A DNA stretch of 64,000 nt from a virus. The stretch's first letter is position 1, and every line of letters starts with the position of its first letter. This document shows, piece by piece, positions 30,979 through 40,136 of the stretch. The stretch covers positions 1-64,000 of the IMG/VR virus record IMGVR_UViG_3300043436_002883. One strand, given 5' to 3'. Under the pieces are notes generated by a model, which was not told the DNA's origin, made no database searches, and saw only the letters and a program-made list of their open reading frames with translations. The position numbers and the translations under genes were made by a program.

Positions 30979-31759
30979 TTATTGCCTCCTCCATTGTGTA
31001 TGTCTTCAAAGGTAATAATACCTTATGGGTCTGACATTCTGCCATAGCCTTTTCATCCTGCCAAGAACCCTCATTGCATTCTGAGCAGAATTCACCACAG
31101 TCATCTTCACAATAACTCATTGTGTCAAAAGACTGGCAAGCATAGCAACGGTTTTCATATTCTAATAGTTCTTTTACTTCTCCACGGACAATCTCATACT
31201 CTCCACCCCAGCCTGTTTCTTCTTCATACTCTAATGTGAGCAGGCAGTTAGGAACAAGATTACTTAGTTTAGTTAAGATAGTTACAGCAGGTGACCAAGC
31301 AGTTTCATACTTATATACAACCCAGTTGTCTTCACCCTCTGATTTATATTCAAGCAATTCTGTATTTGAATACTCTTCACCGTCACGAACTGCAACATCC
31401 CATTTAGTTCCCCAGTTAGAGTTATTCCACGAATACCAGTCCTTCTGAGTTTTAGCAAACTCAATAGACTTGCGGAACCAATCAGGGTCATTTGTATCTA
31501 TGCCACCACGAGAAGGCTGGCAGGCATATTCCTCATCAGTAATACCGTCATCCTTATATGAATGGATATTGAAGAATGCAAAGACAGGATTAGAATAAGT
31601 AACCTGTTGAATTTTGGTGGGGAAACCAGAAGAACTAATATCACCCATACCATAAGTCTCTTGTGCTAATGTAAAAGGCTTATTCAATCTATCTTTAATC
31701 ATATCTACCTCAGACTTAGGTCCTTGAATAGTTAATGTGTTATAACACCAGTTTGGCAT
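30971..31759 (-). CDS. DUF1281/YubB ferredoxin-like-domain protein
   Basis: MPNWCYNTL...WNNSNWGTKWD...YETAWSP; start moved to ATG 31759. Confidence 0.75.
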   Translation of the reverse strand: MPNWCYNTLTIQGPKSEVDMIKDRLNKPFTLAQETYGMGDISSSGFPTKIQQVTYSNPVFAFFNIHSYKDDGITDEEYACQPSRGGIDTNDPDWFRKSIEFAKTQKDWYSWNNSNWGTKWDVAVRDGEEYSNTELLEYKSEGEDNWVVYKYETAWSPAVTILTKLSNLVPNCLLTLEYEEETGWGGEYEIVRGEVKELLEYENRCYACQSFDTMSYCEDDCGEFCSECNEGSWQDEKAMAECQTHKVLLPLKTYTMEEAING

Positions 31760-31936
31760 TTTATATCCTTTCGTTGATATGTGATTATTATACATTGGAC
31801 CACTGACAAATGGAATAGCAAATGGGTGTGTTCCACACCACATTTTTGATCATTGTGGTCAACATCACAAAATTTCAGGGCATTTTAAATTGACCTCGTA
31901 AACAAATTATGATACCCTCTGCTTTTGCGGGCAAGT

Positions 31937-31963
31937 AAAAAACCCCAGCTTGCGCTGAGGTTT
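31937..31963 (-). terminator. Intrinsic terminator
   Basis: AAACCTCAGC-GCAA-GCTGGGGTTT-TTT. Confidence 0.8.
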
Positions 31964-32078
31964 AAGAAAGTAAAGGCCGCTAGGATCTACCAACGAAAGT
32001 AAAAAGTCCTGCATTGCTTAGCGACTTGGGGATCCCCTGGTAGCCGCACCTGTACTCATGAAGAAGGTCCCTGGACCT
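31937..32078 (-). ncRNA. Candidate sRNA (about 140 nt) antisense to the leaders of neighbouring genes
   Basis: Extended -10 TGGTATAAT at 32085-32093; structured body; intrinsic terminator at 31937-31963; contains CUUUCGUUGGU and CUUUCUU. Confidence 0.55.
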
Positions 32079-32085
32079 ACCTCAA

Positions 32086-32451
32086 TTATACCATAACTAG
32101 TTGACTGTATTTACTACAGAATTTATCTAAAGATAAACTAAACACTTCTGTAGTTAGGTCCTCTTCAAACAAAGTAAACGTTTGAGTGGACCAATCAATT
32201 ACAGGAATCTTGTGCTCATTATCTAGAATTCTATTAACACTTAAGCCCCAGCCTGTCTCGGACTTCCAGTCTTCGTTAATCATTTGTGATACACAAATAC
32301 GTGTAGCATATGATTCATCCGTCCACCTTGGCCGTGCTGCCTCGACAGCATTGGCTAAGCGCTCCAACATACCGTGGCCTGCCCAGTGTCCGTATAGAAA
32401 GATTGTATCCCCCTTGGAATCTTTAAATCCAAAGTTTGCTCTGTCTCCCAT
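32086..32451 (-). CDS. Hypothetical phage protein
   Basis: MGDRANF...LYGHWAG...RWTDESYATRI. Confidence 0.7.
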   Translation of the reverse strand: MGDRANFGFKDSKGDTIFLYGHWAGHGMLERLANAVEAARPRWTDESYATRICVSQMINEDWKSETGWGLSVNRILDNEHKIPVIDWSTQTFTLFEEDLTTEVFSLSLDKFCSKYSQLVMV

Positions 32452-32452
32452 T

Positions 32453-32662
32453 TTATTCCGCCGTTTCTAGTTGAGGTACTGCTTCTTCTATTTTGTTTAA
32501 TTCTATCACTTCGTATGAGACCTTGTCAAGGCCTGCTTTGTTTTTATTGTAGTGGTGGCCACAAAAGAACAGTTCACCATCTACTAGTTTAATTAAATAC
32601 ATAGCCTGAGCTGTGCCACATTGGTCGCAGCCGATCCATCTTGTTAGGTCTTCAGTTGTCAT
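32453..32662 (-). CDS. Small zinc-finger protein
   Basis: CDQC...FCGHH. Confidence 0.7.
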   Translation of the reverse strand: MTTEDLTRWIGCDQCGTAQAMYLIKLVDGELFFCGHHYNKNKAGLDKVSYEVIELNKIEEAVPQLETAE

Positions 32663-33016
32663 AGTTTCCCGCCTTCTATCATTTCACAAAGACGGTCAAG
32701 AATCCAAGTATCGATATCATTAATATCAATCTCTGATAGTCTTTCCATCATTTCTTCACGAGCAAATTTATACCCGTCATCAAAACCATCTTTGTAATCT
32801 GACATTATTTCTCCTTGTATCCTGTCGCTTCTCTGTCTGACCAGTAACTCTCAGTTAGATTATACTTGTCACGAATGCGACTTACTTTCTCAATACTACC
32901 AGTTCCAATGTTGAATGTCAACGGTGACATTGCTTCGGGGTCGAGCCCTGTGATTTGTGCATCCCAATAGGCCATCTCCATAGATAGCCTATCGGGAGCA
33001 GTCAACTCAAAATACA

Positions 33017-33676
33017 TTATGCTTCTCTAACGTGGCAAACTTCGGTGTCATCAATTTGAATGTTACCGTTATTTGATTCAGCATAAAGAGCATCTGTAAC
33101 TTCTGAATCAAGGTCTAATTCATAGTCGGAGTCAAGAATGTTGTATGTATATGTTCCGCTAACTTCAAGAGTTGCGGTGAATAGAACTTCTCTTACGAGT
33201 TCAATTGAAAGCGCTTCAGCAATTGCACGAAGTGTATCTTTATCCTCTGAGTCTTCATATGCCTCAGTGATAATATCTTTGACTTTGTTAATCTTGTCTT
33301 CAAATACTCCGACACGCTTCTGTGATTGACGTGCATTGTGTAGGTCCCACTCAATTGATGTAACCTTATCAGTTGCATATTCCGCATCTGAGTATCCCTT
33401 GATTACTTTATAGGTAACCAAAAGATTAGGATTATATGTATCGGGAATTGTTGTAGTTGTTGGTTCTTCCATTTTTTCCTCTTTCGTTTGGGTTGTTGGA
33501 GCAATTGTAGCATTGACCACTGACAATAAGACTGGCTTACGGCCACACGGGCAAGTGATTTCCATCACACCCGACGGGAATCCAAAACCGTCAGATGATG
33601 TTAGTTCTATTAGTACATCACAATTGTCTGGGTCACAGGCAAATGTATATTTAGTTGATACTAGTTCGTTGGTCAT
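33017..33676 (-). CDS. Hypothetical protein with two in-frame starts (33676 leaderless; 33472 with RBS)
   Basis: Each start has its own TGTCAG-N10-TACAAT promoter. Confidence 0.6.
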   Translation of the reverse strand: MTNELVSTKYTFACDPDNCDVLIELTSSDGFGFPSGVMEITCPCGRKPVLLSVVNATIAPTTQTKEEKMEEPTTTTIPDTYNPNLLVTYKVIKGYSDAEYATDKVTSIEWDLHNARQSQKRVGVFEDKINKVKDIITEAYEDSEDKDTLRAIAEALSIELVREVLFTATLEVSGTYTYNILDSDYELDLDSEVTDALYAESNNGNIQIDDTEVCHVREA

Positions 33677-33792
33677 GGAAGAATTGTACCAGGGCCCACT
33701 GACATATACAAGCTTTTCCAGGGAATTTTTTATCATTCCCGTATGATCAATATCACACCCGCAATACTGCGGGCATTGTCGACAAATCTATT

Positions 33793-33869
33793 TGGCGACC
33801 CCTACGGGACTTGAACCCGTGACCTCTACCGTGACAGGGTAGCGCTCTAACCAACTGAGCTAAGAGATC
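33793..33869 (-). tRNA. tRNA-Asp(GTC)
   Basis: Acceptor GATCTCT/AGGGGTC; CTACC-CTGTCAC-GGTAG; GGTTCAAGTCC; encoded CCA. Confidence 0.93.
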
Positions 33870-33908
33870 TTGCAGGCAGTTTTAAATCTTGCCTAGGATT
33901 TTTATTAT

Positions 33909-34916
33909 TTAGAAAGTTGCAACCATTCGATACAACTTATTTTTTTCTGCGGTAAGAATTGGGTCAAAACCTGATGCACCCGCCATAAGTGTTTCAGAAT
34001 TGCCACGACCTGAACGATAGTAATCAAGGCGCTCAGTTAGTGCATTGAACGCACCCCACTTAGTTCCCTTGATTGTAGCGTTAGTTGGTGAGTTATGATA
34101 AAGGTCATCAAGTAGAACAACCTTATTCTCCCACTTAGTTAGCGCAACTTTAGCAGCATCTTTATCTGGCTTAGGATAAATTGTCTGAATCAACTTAGAG
34201 AATTCAGCATCAGTAATTGCCTGAGAGTAAAGTGCTTTTGCTTGAACTTCGAATTCATCAAAGTATCCAAGAGCAAGCCCAAGAGTTTCACGAGCAACTT
34301 GAATGCGACCTTCAACAGATTGCGTGTGGCGAATCTTGAAAGATTGCTTAGCATTCTTCATTGCAAGGTTTAGCGTGTTTTGGCATACAACACGAACAGG
34401 AGTAACGGCTGCTTGAACAGCAACAGAACCATCGTGTGATGTCCATACGATAAGATAAAGTTTAGTTTCATCATTAGCGCCTTGTGGGTCAAGAACCATT
34501 GTGCGGGGAATATCTACAGTTCCGAACACAACTTTGCCCTTCTTCAATGAGCCAGCAGATTCCCAACGGCAATCGGCATTAGCATCGTGAATTGCATCAG
34601 CGAATGCAAATAGTTCTTCATTCTGAACTGGCTTGTAACGCTTACCAACAGTTGCAAGAACATCAGTTCCGCCATTGAATGGATTTGTGCGAACAACTAG
34701 AGATGAATCTGAAACATCATTCCAAGATTCGTCAATGTGATTTGTGATTGGAGATAAGCGAACATTCCAATTTGCTAACTTTGCTTCGCTAAGCATTGAG
34801 GCAGTTGTAACTTCCTCATCTTTTGCAAAGATACGATTTGCTAGGTTGTGCCAAGCAGGTGCGCCACGGAGAGCGAAAGCAACTTCGCCATTTTCCATTT
34901 CGAGATTATGAGCCAT
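33909..34916 (-). CDS. DUF932 / TIGR03299-family phage-plasmid protein
   Basis: MAHNLE...PAWH..., YKPVQN, ESAGSL, SHDGS and TPVRVVCQNTL motifs. Confidence 0.88.
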   Translation of the reverse strand: MAHNLEMENGEVAFALRGAPAWHNLANRIFAKDEEVTTASMLSEAKLANWNVRLSPITNHIDESWNDVSDSSLVVRTNPFNGGTDVLATVGKRYKPVQNEELFAFADAIHDANADCRWESAGSLKKGKVVFGTVDIPRTMVLDPQGANDETKLYLIVWTSHDGSVAVQAAVTPVRVVCQNTLNLAMKNAKQSFKIRHTQSVEGRIQVARETLGLALGYFDEFEVQAKALYSQAITDAEFSKLIQTIYPKPDKDAAKVALTKWENKVVLLDDLYHNSPTNATIKGTKWGAFNALTERLDYYRSGRGNSETLMAGASGFDPILTAEKNKLYRMVATF

Positions 34917-35432
34917 ATTTATTTCCTTTCGGTTGGTTGATTAGTTTATTATAACAGGTGGCACTGACATTGTATAGAGTTAGTTACAATATGTCCGAAT
35001 TGATCCGTGTGAGTAATCTCACAAATTTCCAGGGCTTTTCCACAGGAAGCCGTAAGCCTGTGGATAACCCCGCAGCTTTGGGGGCATTGTCGACAAATAG
35101 ATAGGGCGGGATTTTAAATTGATCCCGCCCCAGCTTTTAATTTGTTTGGAATTTATTAGTTATACTTTCATCAAGGAACATTGCTGTAACCTTTTTCTTT
35201 TTTACATTGTCATACACGTAAGCATTTACTCTTCCGCTAAACTTACGCAAATTAGAAAAAACTAATTCAGTTAGGTATTCTCTATCAACACCTTGCTCTG
35301 AATAAATAGTTACATCATTTGCTTTGTTTGCGTCATAGATTTCTACACGATAACGATTTTTCATTTTATTCTTTCTTTAGTAGGGATAAGAATTATAACA
35401 TTGGGGCTAGGTTCTGTCTAGCCCCCATAAGA

Positions 35433-35615
35433 TTATGCGCCGATTTTTACCATAGCCCAACGCAAACCATTTTCTGTATTCAATCCAAGTTTAGTTAGAG
35501 TTGGACGAATAGAAACGATTTCCGTGATAGTGCCAGTAATTCCTGATTTGCCAGTTGTGAATACATCGCCCTTGCGATAGAAGCGACCCTTAGCGGTATC
35601 TAGAATTGGTGACAT
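35433..35615 (-). CDS. Small beta-rich protein (paralog of 36263..36436)
   Basis: GDVFTTGKSGITGTITEI...TENGLRW. Confidence 0.7.
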   Translation of the reverse strand: MSPILDTAKGRFYRKGDVFTTGKSGITGTITEIVSIRPTLTKLGLNTENGLRWAMVKIGA

Positions 35616-35708
35616 TTTATTTCCTTTCGTTAGTTGGTTGGTTGAGCAGTTTAGCAACTTGCTCAGGTTGTTAGGGTTCAGGACTTTAGGTTGCCCCCCT
35701 AAGTTTAG

Positions 35709-36125
35709 TTAGAGATACTTAGCAATCTGCTTCATTGTGGAAGCATTTACTGTTTCCTCATCTGTCATTTTGAGAATTGTGAGAGCATTTGTGATGTCCT
35801 CTTTGATTTCACGATACTGATGTGTATGAACTACCTCAAAATCCTTTTCAGGTTCTTTAGGAAAAGTTCCCTCTTTAGTGATAATGTCAAAATCAACATT
35901 GAGAGTGTTGTTCCATTGGCGATAGTTTGTGCGAAGGTTCTCAGCCTTTGAGAAGTTAGCAATAGCCCACTTGCCTACTTCCTTTTTCCAAGCCTCATAA
36001 GCCTTAGTGTGCTTTGCTTCATTTGCTGTTTGGTCTGCGTAGTCCTTTTCCAATTTAGCAAGGCGAGTTTCTAGTGCCTTGATTACTTTGGTCGTTGCTA
36101 CCTTTACTGTGATTTGTCTGCTCAT
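35709..36125 (-). CDS. Hypothetical protein
   Basis: 138 aa ORF; promoter at 36161; CCAACGAAAGG leader. Confidence 0.75.
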   Translation of the reverse strand: MSRQITVKVATTKVIKALETRLAKLEKDYADQTANEAKHTKAYEAWKKEVGKWAIANFSKAENLRTNYRQWNNTLNVDFDIITKEGTFPKEPEKDFEVVHTHQYREIKEDITNALTILKMTDEETVNASTMKQIAKYL

Positions 36126-36262
36126 TTATTTATTGCCTTTCGTTGGTTGGTTGTTTGAGTAGTATAACATAGGGGTCTGACATTTACCCCGAAGGGTGAG
36201 AGTTCTTACTTAGGACATTGGGCGAGAACACTCTCTAAACTGCCCCTGTTTCCTTTATTTAG

Positions 36263-36436
36263 TTATGCTAGACTATCGGCAAGAACTGTTGTCCAGCGTT
36301 CTCCGTTGTCTGTTTCCAGACGAACTCTCACCGAGCCAGATGAGTTAGGAATAATCTCTTTGATTACGCCTGTTTCTTTAGACTTCAGGGTAGTGAATAA
36401 ATCACCGACCTGATAGACTTTGTTATCTATTGTCAT
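36263..36436 (-). CDS. Small beta-rich protein (57 aa, not in ORF track)
   Basis: GDLFTTLKSKETGVIKEI...TDNGERW; promoter at 36463. Confidence 0.7.
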   Translation of the reverse strand: MTIDNKVYQVGDLFTTLKSKETGVIKEIIPNSSGSVRVRLETDNGERWTTVLADSLA

Positions 36437-36552
36437 TTTGCTTCCTTTCTTGTTAGTGTCCTATTATAGCAAAGGGGTCTGACATTTTCTACCCCAATCT
36501 CATTATGCGAGATACCAAGCGTGTGAGATAACTCACACGCCTAGTTTTGATC

Positions 36553-36834
36553 TCAGTATTCGCTTTCAGGTAGCCAAGCGTCTAAGTGGTGTTGTTCAAT
36601 AATAGCGGAGGCAGGTGCAAACTTTTCTCCACGATACAATACGCCTTCAGGCATTTCGATTAGTTTATTATAGTCCTCGTCATAGTATGCATCGATAGCA
36701 TCTATGCAAGGTTGCACCATAGAAAGTGGAACGGGTGGGTAATGATTACCTTGTAGGTGATAACCGATAGCGGTTTCTAAATCTAAATCGAATAAATCAT
36801 TATCCGCTAATTCTGTTGCAAAGTTACTTCCCAT
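36553..36834 (-). CDS. Hypothetical protein
   Basis: HLQGNHYPPVP...HHLDAW; AAGGAAGG RBS. Confidence 0.7.
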   Translation of the reverse strand: MGSNFATELADNDLFDLDLETAIGYHLQGNHYPPVPLSMVQPCIDAIDAYYDEDYNKLIEMPEGVLYRGEKFAPASAIIEQHHLDAWLPESEY

Positions 36835-37345
36835 TATTAGTTACCTTCCTTGATAGTTACTTCAGCCCAAGTGTTATTTTCATTTGCAATTTGCAATACC
36901 TTAGCCTCAGCAAGTGCGTGTAGTGTTGCACCCTTGCACATCGTTAGTAAATCTGTTTCAGTTAGTTTTAGTAATGCAGGTAATAGGTTAGCAGGTATTT
37001 TATCAAGGTCAATAATAGCCTCGAATACTATGGAGTGTGGAACTTTTATTTGATTAGACATTTGTTACCTTTCGTTGTTGGAATAAGAGTATTTTAGCAT
37101 AGGCCACTGACATTACCTAATCCATTATGGGCGTGTCGCAGCTTTTGTGATAATACTCACATTTTTGGGGGGTTGTGGATAACTGCCGTAAACCTGTGGA
37201 TAAGCCGCCACCTTTGCGGGCCAGCTTGATCTTGTCAAGTCGACACGCCGTTAGCCTTTAAGTACGGCCCATATAGCAATTGGAATCGGAAGTACAATAG
37301 CGCTAATAAATATAATTGCAAGAATTGATCCGAGAGTATCTGCCA

Positions 37346-38065
37346 TTATTTTTTACTCGCAGAAAATCTAATATCCGCTTTACCGTAGACACATAAGCCA
37401 CAAGATACACAAGCGGACCCAGCATTGCTAATAAGCGGAATGCTTTTCATATTCTCTGGACACTTAGCACCAGGCTTGCCAGTCAATTCTTTCATTGTGC
37501 TCTCAGTTACGGCGAATGTCTTTCCTAGATAAGCAAGGCGGATACCAGAATTAACTTTCAAATCATGGCCCGTTTCTTTATTCTCATCATCGGTAGAATA
37601 ATAAAGAGATAGATTAGATACATCCTTAAGAATAAGCGCTGCAGACTTTACTCGTGTATAAACCCAAAATTGAACATCGGGGTGGTTAGAAATAATAGTC
37701 TTCCAGGCATAGGTATAAGTATCATTGAAGAAATCTCCGTCCCAGTGGATACGGAATAACTTAGGAGCGTCTTTCTTTTCACAATCTGCAACAAATTCTA
37801 CAATCATCTCATCTAATAGAATAAGCATAGTATCGGTATCTGCATTGCGTAGCAATTCCCAGTTGTGCAGAAGATTAGCCTTTACTCCCTTGAAGAGCTT
37901 TTCGAGTTTTCCTGCGTAGCAAACACTCTCACAAATACTAGTGGCACCAGGGCATGAGTAAGCCTTTCCAGCGGGGAGACCGAACGTGTTAGCAATTGCG
38001 GCTTGCTTTCCATTTTTTGTGACAAGGTTAGCCACCTTTCTATCATTAGAACGTTTTAGTTTCAT
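37346..38065 (-). CDS. Gp88-like Cys-cluster (radical-SAM-related) protein
   Basis: SCPGATSICESVCYA, FRIHWDGDF and FWVYTR; start moved to ATG 38065, just after a promoter. Confidence 0.7.
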   Translation of the reverse strand: MKLKRSNDRKVANLVTKNGKQAAIANTFGLPAGKAYSCPGATSICESVCYAGKLEKLFKGVKANLLHNWELLRNADTDTMLILLDEMIVEFVADCEKKDAPKLFRIHWDGDFFNDTYTYAWKTIISNHPDVQFWVYTRVKSAALILKDVSNLSLYYSTDDENKETGHDLKVNSGIRLAYLGKTFAVTESTMKELTGKPGAKCPENMKSIPLISNAGSACVSCGLCVYGKADIRFSASKK

Positions 38066-38096
38066 AGGGGTAATTATAGCGGTTAGATCTGACATA

Positions 38097-38306
38097 TTAG
38101 TAATCCTCATCCATTCCGTGTCCTGCAGACGCAAGAGCGTCGGAATCGGACCAGCCCGTTAGTTCATAGAATTCCATTTCTTCAGAATCATAGCATTCTG
38201 CACACATATAGTCATCACCGAATACTTCATAATCAGACTCAGAATCAAAAGTCATAGTTGTGCCACAAATTTCAGAGTTTAGGCAAGCGACGGTAAATAG
38301 TTCCAT
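38097..38306 (-). CDS. Very acidic small Cys-containing protein
   Basis: 19 D/E and no K/R in 69 aa; promoter at 38337. Confidence 0.7.
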   Translation of the reverse strand: MELFTVACLNSEICGTTMTFDSESDYEVFGDDYMCAECYDSEEMEFYELTGWSDSDALASAGHGMDEDY

Positions 38307-38752
38307 AATGGACCTCTTTCGTTAGTAGATATTGGAATTATAGCAGGTTAGACTGACATTTGCTAATCGACACGCAAATTTCCAGGGTGTTTTAGATCAC
38401 ACCCTTAACGACACGCCCGACCCCGTAGCTATGTGGGCGCTTTGTCGACAAATTAATTTTATTGATCGAATTTATTTTTATGTTTGATCTTGCGTGTGTA
38501 TTTTTTTTTATTGCGAACAGGTTGCGCCGCATTACTGCGACGCAATTCCTGAATGCGTTTTACTTTATCTTGAAGTGAAGTTAGGAACATTATACCCACT
38601 CGCTTCGTGAAATCGTTTTACATCAAATCGCTCATTGTCAATCGCAAACATTTCCGCAAAATCATTTACGATTTTAGAAAATACAGCGGGGTGAGTTTTA
38701 TTGCTCGCATACTTTAGAATTTCTGCGGTTGCGATGTAATCTTTTCGTGTCA

Positions 38753-38956
38753 TCATTTTACTACGACCTCTCCTGAACGATAAAATAATTTAGTATACAT
38801 TTTGCCAGTTGGCGTTGATAGATTTACAGTTGAGTATTCGTTAGCCATTCCCCAATCGGTAAAACGGAAAAAGTTTTCCCACGCACCAAATTCGTTTTCG
38901 TATTCGGCAGACCAATGCGGAGCGTTGCTATCATAAGCGCAAGTTAGTTTATACAT
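38753..38956 (-). CDS. Hypothetical protein
   Basis: Coupled to neighbours; overlaps 38565..38756. Confidence 0.6.
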   Translation of the reverse strand: MYKLTCAYDSNAPHWSAEYENEFGAWENFFRFTDWGMANEYSTVNLSTPTGKMYTKLFYRSGEVVVK

Positions 38957-39941
38957 TATTCATTCACCCAATCTACAGTTAGTTCATCAGAAATTTCATC
39001 TACGCAAGCGCAAGGCTCTACATCATAATTATTTTCATTTCCAAAGAATAAAAATCCTGCGCCACCGCATTCATCACATTCAGCAGAAATAATTTCTATG
39101 TATTCTTTTACTTTAGCCATTTAGGTTTTCCCTTTCGTTTGTTTGAGTTGTAATTGTAGCAGATAGCACTGACAAGGCTTGCGCCTTGCTTGCTTCACGT
39201 TGTGCGATAACGTGCTTCTTGAATTCGTCTAAGTTCATTCGAACGCTCCTTCTTCTAGTAATCCTAATTCGATGTTGAATAATTCATCTGGAGTGGCTTC
39301 GGCTAAATCAACCCAGCCCGCACCATCTTCATTCATTCTGAAAATTTCGATGTATCCCATTATTATTCACCAACCTTTACTGCGATTGTTGCGAATTTAT
39401 TTCGCAGACCGCCCGTGCGAATTTCGATTAGATACGCTTCGGTTTTTTCGCCGTAGTAAATTTCAGGGCGAGCCTCAGCAGAAACGATTTCGCCTGAAAA
39501 GTGGCGAGAGTTTGAGCGATAGTTTTTTCCTACAAGTAGGCTTTCGATTGTGTAGAGTTTAGTAGCCATTAGTGGCACCTTCTTTCGTTGTTGTTATAGT
39601 AGAGATTATACACGAACGGACTGACATTTTCCAATTTGGCAAGGGTTTGTCTCATTATTTGGAGCGTGGGCTTTGTGATAAGCATCACACAAGTTATGTG
39701 ATAAGCATCACACAAAATGTCCGATTTGTCTGTCAAGTCGACACGCCGTAGAATCCAGGGAATTTTATAACGACTTCATAACGACACGCCCGACGCCGCA
39801 CCCTTGTGGGCGCAGCTGTCAATTTGTCAAGTCGACACGCCGTTAGTTATTCAAAATCTTCAAATATTTTTTCTAGTTGAAGAATTTGCTCATCGGTAAG
39901 ATGATCTAATTCAATTGCGTGTTCAAATCCATAAAATTCCA

Positions 39942-40136
39942 TTATTCGTTTTCCATTTCTGCTAAATAATCTTCGTGTTCAACTAGGCCAATCGCAAATG
40001 CTACTGGGTCGCAACATTCTAGAATTTCGGCGGGAGTAAAAGTAGAGTAACCAATTTTTACAGTAGGATAAACATCATTTAGTAAGTCAATAAAACTTTC
40101 TTTGATTTCTAAATCTTTTTCTAATTGTGATTTCAT
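39942..40136 (-). CDS. Acidic hypothetical protein
   Basis: AAAGGAG RBS. Confidence 0.65.
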   Translation of the reverse strand: MKSQLEKDLEIKESFIDLLNDVYPTVKIGYSTFTPAEILECCDPVAFAIGLVEHEDYLAEMENE

